64,000 nt of DNA from an uncultured Candidatus Rokubacteria bacterium (GTDB lineage: Bacteria > Methylomirabilota > Methylomirabilia > Rokubacteriales > CSP1-6). Positions 1 through 14,700 of this stretch are shown here, in pieces. Position numbers and translations under genes: made by a program. Below the pieces are notes generated by a model. The model was given only the letters and a program-made list of their open reading frames with translations, ran no database searches and was not told the DNA's origin. The stretch is taken from NCBI GenBank assembly GCA_963758635.1, contig CAVWWD010000005.1, positions 448,001 to 512,000 on the forward strand, in the 5' to 3' direction. The stretch's first letter is position 1; every line of letters begins with the position of its first letter.

Positions 1-959
<959 letters not shown>

Positions 960-1017
960 CACGGCCCGCCCGCCCGCGCGAATCCGTCCCGAGGAGTTCC
1001 GCCGCGAGCCCTGGCAC

Positions 1018-1569
1018 GTGCACGGCTTTCTCGCGGACGTACCGCTGCACGACGTGTGGGAGCTTCGACTCGAGGGCGGCGGCCCAGGGCGGCGCCTGAA
1101 GGACTTCCGCGCGCTGGTGGTGGATCGGCCCTGGCGCCCTCCGGCCGCGGTGCGCCTCCTGTTCGCCTTCCGGGGGCTCCTCGGCGCCGCGCTGCGCCTC
1201 GATCGCCCGCACCCGGGCGGCATCCCTCCCGGCTCCTACGTCCATCGGCTGAGCCCGGCGGAGCGCGAGCGCTCGCTCGAGCCTCCCGGGAGCCCGTGGG
1301 GCATCTTCCGCCTGGTCTACGCCTTCGAGGACGAGGCGCTCGGCGAGATCGTCAACCGGACGGTGCACGCCTTCTCGTTCATGGGCATGCTGCCCGCCCC
1401 CGGCGGCTACCGCGTGCACTGGGCGATCTACGTCCGCCCGGTGGGCCCGCTGACGCGCCCGTACATGGCGCTCATCGACCCGTTCCGCCGCTGGCTCGTG
1501 TACCCGTCGCTCCTCCGCGGGTTCGAGGACGCGTGGAGAGAGGCGGTCCGCCCCGCGCCGCGGACGTGA
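1018..1569 (+). CDS. DUF2867-like protein
   Basis: VHGFLADVPLHDVW...FRLVYAFEDEALGEIVNRTVHAF...YMALIDPFRRWLVYP pattern; the frame stays open upstream to about 979, so the true start is uncertain. Confidence 0.7.
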   Translation: MHGFLADVPLHDVWELRLEGGGPGRRLKDFRALVVDRPWRPPAAVRLLFAFRGLLGAALRLDRPHPGGIPPGSYVHRLSPAERERSLEPPGSPWGIFRLVYAFEDEALGEIVNRTVHAFSFMGMLPAPGGYRVHWAIYVRPVGPLTRPYMALIDPFRRWLVYPSLLRGFEDAWREAVRPAPRT

Positions 1570-1585
1570 CGCGTCTCCGCGGCGT

Positions 1586-1611
1586 CCGGGCGTTCCCGCG
1601 GGAACGCCCGG
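1586..1611. repeat. Perfect 26-bp palindrome CCGGGCGTTCCCGCGGGAACGCCCGG
   Basis: Self-complementary as read from the sequence; the 16-bp core recurs at 2396-2411 inside the HNH gene. Confidence 0.9.
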
Positions 1612-1625
1612 GCTATGGCGCTGAC

Positions 1626-1805
1626 TGACCGCACCCCTGGAGTGAGACACGGAAACAACGGAAAGTCGTCCAAGCGGGAGGACGGATGCCGGGACGACGA
1701 TTTGGGATCTATACGTAGGAGTTCAAGCTGGCGGCGGTACGGCGGGTCCTGGCCGGCGAGAAGACTCGGGCGGTGGGCCGGGAACTGCGACTGGGGACGA
1801 ACTGA
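1626..1805 (+). mobile_element. IS3-family insertion sequence remnant (left end plus truncated orfA)
   Basis: TGACCGCACCCCTGGAGTGAGACA resembles IS3/IS150-group terminal repeats. It is followed by an RBS (GGGAGG) and ATG at 1686 encoding MPGRRFGIYT*EFKLAAVRRVLAGEKTRAVGRELRL (HTH_Tnp_1-like), with an internal TAG at 1716. Confidence 0.7.
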
Positions 1806-1861
1806 TCCGAACGTTCAGTGTCGTTCTGCGCGGCCAGGTGCGAATTCGACCGAGGCCGTAA

Positions 1862-3229
1862 TCACCCGCCAGCGCGAGTACCAGAGAGCTCTCCGGGATC
1901 CAGCGGGCGGAGCACGGCGAGCGCGTAGCTCAGGTCGAGGCGGTCGCCGTGCCAGTTGCCGCAGACGGTCCAGGGGTGCAGGCACAGGCCCTGGGCCTCG
2001 TGCCGGGCGCGGAGCTCTCCGAGCGGGTCGTGCGGGACGGGGACCGGCGGCGGCGCCTCGGGGAGCAGCCGCCCGTCCGGGCGGCGGAACCTCAGCCCGC
2101 CGTCGGCCTGCCGCTCGACCTCGTAGCCTTCCTCGTGCACCGCCCGATGGTGGCGGGTACATAGCAGCGTAAGGTTGGACAGCGTCGTGGGGCCGCCGTG
2201 GGCCCAGTGGCGGATGTGGTGGCCCTGGGTGAAGCGCGTTCCGCAGCCCGGGAAGCGGCAGCCGTGGTCGCGGTGCTGGAGGGCGCGGCGCATCGCGGGC
2301 GGAATCGTCCGCGTCCGGGCGCCCACCTCCACCACCCGGCCGTCGGCGTCGTGGCGCATCATCACCCGGGTCGCGTCGCAGGCGATGCGCTGGGACGTTC
2401 CCGCGGGAACGTGCTGGCCGTCCTCCAGGACCGACTGGCCGGGCTGGTCCGCGTCGGCCAGCACCGGGGCGTCCACGTGGACCACCACCTGGTAGCGCTC
2501 GGCCGCGGCGCCGGGCTCGAGGCCGTGGTGCAGGGCCGTCTCGGCGATCAGGGCCAGCGCGTCGGCCTGCTGCTGGCCGAACGTCGGCGCCTCCGCTTGC
2601 GGGTCGTCCACGGGCTGGACGGCCTCGCCGGCTCGCCGCCGCCGGTACAGCGCCTCGCGAGCCGCCTCCAGGGTCTGCATGACCAGCGCGCCCACTTCGG
2701 GTTCCAGCCGGCCGCGGATGATGACCATGCCGTCCTCGGCCTGGTGCATGTAGACGGCCCGGCCCCGATGGCGCGCCGCCGCCTCCTGCGCCTCGACCTT
2801 GCCGTCCACCCGCCGCCAGCCGCGCACGATGCGCTCCACGTGGTGCGCCGTGGCGGCCAGCGCCACGTTCATGAGGCGCTCCTCGGTTTCCGGCGTGGCG
2901 ATGCGCGTGAGGGCGCGGACCTTCGCGTACGACAGCTCGCCACGGGCGAAAGCCTGGGCCAGGTGCGGCAGACCCCCGAGGGCCCGGGCCACCCGCACGC
3001 GCTCCCGCGCGGTCCCCGCGTCGATGCCCGCGCGCCACGCCAGCCACTGGGCGCAGGAGGCGTAGTGTCCCTGCCAGCCGCCGAGGTCGTCGAACTCCCG
3101 GATCAGGTCCAGGAGGCGCGCGGTGGCGGCCTCGAGGTGGGCGGACAGCGTGGCGATCTCGTCACCGAGGCGTCCCAGCTCGGCGACGCGGTCCAGGCGG
3201 GCGATGGTGGCGGGCGAATGATCCAGCAT
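1862..3229 (-). CDS. DUF222 (13E12-repeat family) HNH endonuclease
   Basis: N-terminal DUF222 pattern ([45 protein letters not shown]); C-terminal [42 protein letters not shown] motif; GGGGAGG RBS. Confidence 0.93.
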   Translation of the reverse strand: MLDHSPATIARLDRVAELGRLGDEIATLSAHLEAATARLLDLIREFDDLGGWQGHYASCAQWLAWRAGIDAGTARERVRVARALGGLPHLAQAFARGELSYAKVRALTRIATPETEERLMNVALAATAHHVERIVRGWRRVDGKVEAQEAAARHRGRAVYMHQAEDGMVIIRGRLEPEVGALVMQTLEAAREALYRRRRAGEAVQPVDDPQAEAPTFGQQQADALALIAETALHHGLEPGAAAERYQVVVHVDAPVLADADQPGQSVLEDGQHVPAGTSQRIACDATRVMMRHDADGRVVEVGARTRTIPPAMRRALQHRDHGCRFPGCGTRFTQGHHIRHWAHGGPTTLSNLTLLCTRHHRAVHEEGYEVERQADGGLRFRRPDGRLLPEAPPPVPVPHDPLGELRARHEAQGLCLHPWTVCGNWHGDRLDLSYALAVLRPLDPGELSGTRAGG

Positions 3230-3542
3230 GACGAGCCTCCCCGTGGTGTTGGCGCGACTCTACACCCTGGTTTTCGGGCGCCCTGGCCGCGGCCAGGACG
3301 AGCGGAGCGCATCGCGCGAATCATTCGCCGTCACCTGGCTGCGCGGAAGCCGCTCGTGGCGCCGATGCGGCGCGCTGGGAGGGGATCCGCGAGACGCCGC
3401 GAGTGCCTGGGCGAGGCCTCGCGGAAAACCTGTCAAGCGGAGATTGCAGCCGCGCGCCGCTCGTGGACGCGCAGTGCCGGCGCGGCATAGAATGCCCGGC
3501 GACGAACGTGATCCCAGGGCCCGCGAGGCGAACGAACAGCCA

Positions 3543-5126
3543 ATGGCCAGGCGACAGAAGAGCGCGCAAGAAGCGAAGGCCACCGGCGCCACCGTCGGCT
3601 ACGAGGCCCAGCTCTGGCAGATGGCCGACGCGCTGCGCGGCAGCATGGACGCGGCGGAGTACAAGCACGTCGTCCTGGGCCTGATCTTCCTCAAGTACAT
3701 CTCCGACGCGTTCGAGGAGCAGCACGCCCGGCTCGTCGCGGACAAGGCGAAGGGCGCCGATCCCGAAGATCCCGACGAGTACCGCGCCCAGAGCGTGTTC
3801 TGGGTGCCCCCCGAGGCGCGCTGGGCGCACCTCAAGGCGCAGGCGAGGCAGGCCACGATCGGCCAGCTCGTGGACGACGCGATGGCCGGCATCGAGCGGG
3901 ACAACCCGGCGCTCAAGGGCGTGCTGCCCAGGGACTACGCCCGCCCGGCGCTGGACAAGCAGCGGCTCGGCCAGCTCATCGACATGATCAGCAACGTCAA
4001 GGTGGGCGACGAGGCCAGCCGCGCCAAGGACGTGCTGGGCCGCGTCTACGAGTACTTCCTGTCCCAGTTCGCGAGCGCCGAGGGCAAGAAGGGCGGCGAG
4101 TTCTACACGCCCCGCTGCGTGGTCAAGCTCCTGGTCGAGATGCTCGAGCCCTACCGGGGCCGCGTGTACGACCCCTGCTGCGGCTCCTCGGGCATGTTCG
4201 TGCAGTCCGTGGAGTTCATCCGCGCGCACGCCAGCGGGAACGGCAACGGCGGCAAGGCGCGGGCGGACATCTCGATCTACGGGCAGGAGTCGAACTACAC
4301 CACGTGGCGCCTGGCCAAGATGAACCTCGCCATCCGCGGCATCGACGGCCAGATCGCCCACGGCGACACCTTCCACGACGACCGCCACCCCGACCTCCGG
4401 GCCGACTTCATCCTGGCCAATCCCCCGTTCAACGTGTCCGACTGGGGCGGCGAGCGCCTGCGCGACGACAAGCGCTGGCAGTACGGCGCGCCCCCGGCCG
4501 GCAACGCCAACTTCGCCTGGGTGCAGCACATCGTCCACCACCTGGCGCCGGCCGGCGTCGCCGGCTTCGTGCTCGCCAACGGCTCCATGTCGTCCAACCA
4601 GTCGGGCGAGGGCGAGATCCGCAAGGGCCTGGTCGAGACCGGCCTCGTGGACTGCATGGTCGCCCTCCCGGGCCAGCTCTTCTATTCCACGCAGATCCCC
4701 GCGTGCCTCTGGTTCCTCGCCCGCGACCGCAAGAACGGCAAGTTCCGCGATCGCCGCGGCCAGGTGCTCTTCATCGACGCCCGCAAGCTCGGCCGCATGG
4801 TGGACCGCACCCACCGCGAGCTGACCGACGAGGACGTGGCCCGCATCGCCGCCACCTACCACGCCTGGCGCGGCGAGAAGGGCGCCGGCGCGTACGCCGA
4901 CGTGCCCGGCTTCTGCAAGAGCGCGCCGCTGGAGGAGGTGCGCACGCACGGCCACGTGCTCACGCCCGGCCGCTACGTCGGCGCCGAGGCGCAGGAGGAC
5001 GACGGCGAGCCGTTCGCGGAGAAGATGCAGCGCCTCGCCGCGACGCTCCGCGAGCAGCAGGCGGAGGCCGCGAAGCTCGACGCCGCCATCGCCGCGAACC
5101 TGAAGGAGCTCGGGTATGGCGGGTAG
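3543..5126 (+). CDS. hsdM: Type I restriction-modification DNA methyltransferase (m6A)
   Basis: [35 protein letters not shown], motif I DPCCGSSG, motif IV NPPF; the ATG at 3543 is preferred over the longer ORF-track start. Confidence 0.96.
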   Translation: MARRQKSAQEAKATGATVGYEAQLWQMADALRGSMDAAEYKHVVLGLIFLKYISDAFEEQHARLVADKAKGADPEDPDEYRAQSVFWVPPEARWAHLKAQARQATIGQLVDDAMAGIERDNPALKGVLPRDYARPALDKQRLGQLIDMISNVKVGDEASRAKDVLGRVYEYFLSQFASAEGKKGGEFYTPRCVVKLLVEMLEPYRGRVYDPCCGSSGMFVQSVEFIRAHASGNGNGGKARADISIYGQESNYTTWRLAKMNLAIRGIDGQIAHGDTFHDDRHPDLRADFILANPPFNVSDWGGERLRDDKRWQYGAPPAGNANFAWVQHIVHHLAPAGVAGFVLANGSMSSNQSGEGEIRKGLVETGLVDCMVALPGQLFYSTQIPACLWFLARDRKNGKFRDRRGQVLFIDARKLGRMVDRTHRELTDEDVARIAATYHAWRGEKGAGAYADVPGFCKSAPLEEVRTHGHVLTPGRYVGAEAQEDDGEPFAEKMQRLAATLREQQAEAAKLDAAIAANLKELGYGG

Positions 5127-5132
5127 GCGCCG

Positions 5133-5663
5133 ATGCGTTCCGCTCGGGTCGGCGCATCGCCTCGAGCTAGCCATACGGTGCGCGGGCACCGCGTCATGCT
5201 GGACGCTGGACCTGCCGGCGCTCTACGGCGTCTCCACCAGGCGTCTGAACAGAACAGGTGACGCGCAATCGGGCCCGGTTTCCCGGCGACTTCATGTTCA
5301 AGTTGAGCGCGGAGGAGGTCGAAGCTTTGAGGTCGCAGATTTGTGACCTCAAGGCTCGGTCGGGCGGGGCGGTCGCCGCAAGCGCCCAATGTGTTCACGG
5401 AACACGGGGCCGCGATGCTCTCGAGCGTGCTCCGCAGTCGGCGTGCCGTTCTCGTGAACGTCGAGATCATGCGGGCCTTCGTCCGCCTCGGGCAAATGCT
5501 CGCATCGCATGCCGATCTGGCTGGCCAGCTCGCCGCCCTGGAAAGAAAGTACGACGCGCAGTTCAGGGTGGTGTTTCAGGCCATCCGCGAGCTCATGGAA
5601 CCGCCCGCGCCCGCTCGGAAGCGGATCGGGTTCCATGCCGCGCCAGAGGAGCCCAAGTCTTGA
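5133..5663 (+). CDS. ORF6N domain DNA-binding protein (frameshifted in this sequence)
   Basis: Pieces in different frames: [65 protein letters not shown], ending RKRIGF. Confidence 0.85.
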
Positions 5664-5699
5664 AGTCGCAGATTGCGAGATCAAGATCGGATCGTCGAG

Positions 5700-6040
5700 A
5701 CGCGGGCTTGATCCAAACCGTCAGGCTCAACAGCGAGCAGTTCCCTGCCCGCTTCCGAAAGACGAGGTCGAGCCTTGAGATCACATTTGTGACCTCAAGC
5801 CGGGGCGGCCGGCGATACCTTCCCTACGCGATTCACCGACGCGAGCGGCGACGCCATGCTCTCGAGCGTGCTGCGTAGCAAGAGGGCCGTCAGGGTCAAC
5901 ATACGAGATATGCGCGCGTTCGTCCGATCTGCGGCAGATGCTCGCCGAGCCATGCCGTCTCGCCAGGACGCTGTACACTGGGAAGAAGTACGACGCCCAG
6001 TCTCATGGTGCGTCTTCAGACGCCATCCGCGAGCTCAGGT
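5700..6040 (+). pseudogene. Second, heavily degenerate ORF6N paralogue
   Basis: [32 protein letters not shown] and nucleotide similarity to the first copy (GCCATCCGCGAGCTC, AAGTACGACGC); many indels. Confidence 0.75.
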
Positions 6041-6259
6041 CACCAGCCGGAGCTCGACCACTCGGCGCGCGCGATCGGCTTGTGCGGGTAGTGCGCCAAT
6101 GCGCGTTGCCATAGCGGTCAGATCGCGTCTAGCAGGCCCTTCGGCGCACGACGCCACGCCACGGTACGAGAGCGACGGCGACCATCGTACCGACGGGGGC
6201 GCTGCGTGGGGCCCGCACATAACAGCTGCAGGACCTGTCCCAGAGTGTAGCCTTCGACC

Positions 6260-7597
<1,338 letters not shown>

Positions 7598-7601
<4 letters not shown>

Positions 7602-8455
7602 CAGGATCGCGGCGGCTACTCCGTTCGGATTTTCATACCCTCCGGCGAGCCCGAGGCGCTGCGCATCGTCGAGAAATCCAACTGGACGGGGCAGGGTCTG
7701 GTGTTTCCCCGCTCCCAACTCGCCGAGGTACGCCATCGTCCCGAACTCGTGCGCACCGGCGTCTATATCCTGTGGGGATTCGGCGCGACGGGACAGCTCC
7801 CGCGCGTTTACGTTGGTGAGGGAGACGGCGTGCTGTCCCGCCTCGACCAGCACGCCAAGGCGAAGGACTTCTGGACCCATGCAGTGGTCTTCACCAGCAA
7901 GGACCAGACCCTCAACAAGGCGCACGTTCAACATCTCGAAGCGCGACTGGTCACCCTCGCCAGCGAGGCAAAGCGAGCGGAGCTCGACAATGGGAACGTA
8001 CCGCAGACGCCGACACTCTCCGAGGCCGACATTGCGGACTCGGAGGGATTCCTGGCCGACCTGCTCTTGTGCCTGCCTGTCGTGGGCGTGACCTTCTTTG
8101 AAAAGGCGAAAGTCGGCAGCTCGACCATCCGCGACCTACTCCTGCGAGGCAAAGGCATCGAAGCTCGAGGCGTCGATGGCGCCGAGGGCTCGTCGTGCGT
8201 GCAAGGTCGCAGGCGGTCAAGGACGAGGTGCCTTCGATCCCTGCGTACCTCTCAGAGCTCCGCAGATCCCTGGTCGCTCAGCGAGTCCTCGAGGATTCGG
8301 GCGGAAGCTATCGCGTGACCCAGGACTATATCTTCAACTCTCCCTCGACGGCTGCCGGCGTCCTGCTGGGCCGGTCGGCCAACGGGCGACTCGAATGGCA
8401 GGATGCCGCGGGCCGTACCCTCAAGGACATTCAGGAAGCCGTCACGACGGCATGA
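7598..8455 (+). CDS. GIY-YIG nuclease with C-terminal DUF4357 domain (frameshifts near 7615 and 8190)
   Basis: IVEKSNWTGQG, GVYILWG..VYVGEGD..RLDQH..KDFW..LNKAHVQHLE; C-terminal DYIFNSPSTAAGVLLGRSANGRLEWQD. Confidence 0.85.
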
Positions 8456-8492
8456 ACGCGTTCCCTTCATCCATCGTCGAAACCGCGCCAGC

Positions 8493-8533
8493 TACTCAGG
8501 ACACTGAGTAAAAATACTCAAGTACAGTGAGTA
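8493..8533. promoter_or_regulatory. Tandem inverted-repeat operator candidate upstream of hsdR
   Basis: TACTCA-ggacac-TGAGTA-aaaa-TACTCA-agtacag-TGAGTA in an AT-rich patch about 50 bp before the hsdR start. Confidence 0.6.
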
Positions 8534-8585
8534 TCCGGTCCCCATCTCGTCAGGAACTGCAGCCGGTCTCGCACTGGGTGGCGCC

Positions 8586-11721
<3,136 letters not shown>

Positions 11722-11750
11722 GCGGAGCCGGTTAGGCGCGCCCCGGTCCG

Positions 11751-14700
11751 ATGCCGGAACCTCAGCCCGACGACCCGAGCGGAGAGCGCCGGCGCAGCGT
11801 CGATGCCGCGCGCGCCGTCTGGATGCGCAGGCTCATCGACTACTCGCGGGCGAATGCTCTCCTGTTCTTCCGCGACCTCAAGGTCGGCACCCTCGGTCTG
11901 AGCCCCGACACCAACGTCGTGGATCGCCTGCTGGCGGGCGAGGCATGCGCCGTCGAGCGTCTGGCGACGGCGGCCGCGCCTTCGGAGGCCTCGGAGGCGG
12001 CCGCCAGCGCCCAGGCAGAAGACGGGGCCCGGCGGAGGGTCCGCAGCACCCTCGTGGCCTTGCAGCGCAAGGCCCTGACCAACCTCGAAGAGCGGGGCAT
12101 CGAGACGCTGCATCTCGCGCTTGGCCTGGCAACCTGGCCGGCCGCCGACGGCGGGCGGCCGTACGCGGCGCCGATCCTCTTGCTGCCCGCCCGCATCGAG
12201 GCGCGGGGCCGGCAGGGCGACGAGCTCAGGCTCACGCTCACGGGCGAGCCGCAGTTGAACCCCGTCCTCGTGCACGCGCTCGAGGAGCTCCATGGCATCC
12301 GCGTCGATGCCGTCGCGGTGCTGGACAAGGGCGCCACCGAGAGCGAATCGGGAGAGTGGCGAATCGACCGGGAAAGCGTGTTCGCGCACCTGGAGGGCGC
12401 CGTCGCTTCGGTGCCTGGATTCACGGTGAGCCGCCGCGCCATCCTCGCCAACTTTCAGTTCGCGAAGATGGCCATGGTCGAGGACTTGAAGCGAAACGGC
12501 GAGACCATCGCGGCGAGCGCGCTCGTGGCCGCCGTGGCCGGGCATGCCGCGTCACGACAGGGCCTGGCGCAGGCGGTGACCGACGTCGAGCCCGCCGAGC
12601 TCGACGAGCAGCCCGTGTCCGACGACTACCTGGTGCTGGACGCCGACTCCACTCAGCACCGCGCCATCGCGCTGATCGGCAAGGGGCAAAACGGCGTGGT
12701 GCAGGGTCCGCCGGGCACCGGCAAGAGCCAGACGATCGCCAACGTGATCGCGCAGAGCGTGGCCGAGGGCCGGCGCGTGCTCTTCGTGGCCGAGAAACGC
12801 GCCGCGCTCGAGGCGGTGATCAAGCGGCTCACCCACGACAACGTGGGGCTCGGCCACCTGGTGCTCGACCTTCACGGCGCCTCCGTGCCCAGGAAGGTGG
12901 TCATGGCGCGGATCGCGGAGGTCCTGGACGAGATACGTCGCGCGATGCCGGTCGACGACGCCGAGGCGGTACACCGAGACTTCGAAGCCCGGCGCCGGCA
13001 GCTCAACGAGCACGCCCGCCGCCTGAACGCGCCTCGCCCGCCCGCGGGCCTCGCCGTCAACCGCATGATGGGCATGCTGCTACGCCTCCCCGCGCCGGCA
13101 CGGTCGACGGTCCGGCTCCGCGGCGACGCGTTGACCGCGCTCACGTCCGAGCGGGCGGAAGGCTTGAAGCGGTCCATCCTCGAGGGCGCCGCCACTCCGG
13201 GGCTGCTGCTCGGCACCGACCCCTCGCCCTGGAACAACGCCCGGATCGAGAATGGTCGCCACGCGCAGGAAGCGCTCGACCTGGCCCAGGCCGCCTCCGA
13301 GCTCTGGCCGTCGTTCGAGCGCGCGCTCGACCAGGTCGCGCGGCAACTCGGAATCCGGCCGCCCCAGAGCCTCGATGACGTGGGGAAGCTCCTCGAAGTG
13401 CTGCGTGACGTCCGCCGGGTCCGGGAGCGGTATGCGCAGGAGATCTTCCTGGCGCGGCCGGCGGAGCTCGCCCGCGCGCTCGCGCCCGCCATCGGGAGTC
13501 GCGCGCACCGCGCCTGGGCATTCGTCAGCAACACGGCGTACCGTGCTTCCCGGACGCGCCTGCTCGCGCTGCGGACCGCGCCGGCGCCAACCGAGGTCCT
13601 GCGCCAGGAGGCTCTGGAGGCCGACGACGTGCTTCGCCGCTGGCATGCGCTCGGCCCGGCCTCGGCGGCCCCGGTGGAAGCGGCCTCGGCGCAGGAGCTC
13701 TCCCCGCTGTTCGACCGCCTGACGGCGGCGACGACGACGCTCGGCGGCGTGACCGAAGCGGGCCCGTTCGCCGGCATGCCTCTCGCGAACGTGGCGCCGC
13801 GGCTGCGTGCGCTCGCCGAGGACCGCCGGACACCGTACCTCCTGCCCGCCATCCACGCCACGCGGGCGCTCCTCGTCGAGGCTGGCCTGCAGCGCTTCCT
13901 CGACGACCTGCGCGACAACGGCGTGGACCCCGCTCACTGGACCGCGCGGTTCGAGCACGTCTGGCTGCACTCGGCGCTCGACGAGGCGCTGGCGTCCGAC
14001 CCCGGCCTCGCCTCGTTCAACGGCCGCACGCACGATCAGGTCGTCGACGCCTTCGTCCGATTGGATCGCGAGCGCGGCCGGCTGAACGCCCAGCGCGTGC
14101 GACGGCTCCACGCCGAGCGGGCCATCGCGGCGATGAACCAGCACTTCGACCAAGCGGATCTCGTCCGGCGAGAGGCGGCGAAGCGATCGCGGCACATCCC
14201 GCTGCGCGCGCTGCTGGCCCGGGCGCCCGACGTTCTCACGCGCATCGCGCCCTGCTGGGTGGCGAGCCCCCTGTCGGTCAGTCAGCTGCTCGATGGCGGA
14301 AGGCGCTACTTCGACCTCGTCATCTTCGACGAGGCGAGCCAGATCCTTCAGGAGGACGCGATCCCCGCGCTCTACCGGGCGGACCAGGTCACCGTGGCCG
14401 GTGACCGCCACCAGCTACCTCCCACGACGTTCTTCGCGACCGTCGTGGAAGGCGAAGACGAGGTTCTCGACGACGGGGACGGGCACGCCGCCGCGGCGGC
14501 GGCCGTGGCGGCCATCGGGGGGTTCGAGAGCTTGCTCGACACGCTGGGGGCCTTCCTCCCGAACTGGCTCCTCGAGTGGCACTACCGCAGCCAGGACGAA
14601 CGGCTCATCACCTTCAGCAACCGGCACGTCTACGATGGCCGCCTCATCACGTTTCCGAGCGCCCGCGCGCACCAGGCGATCCGCCACGTTCTCGTGCCGC

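Noticed and set aside
3228..3542. 105-aa N-terminal extension of HsdM given by the ORF track
   Set aside because: Low-complexity Arg/Ala sequence overlapping the divergent promoter region; family similarity begins after ATG 3543
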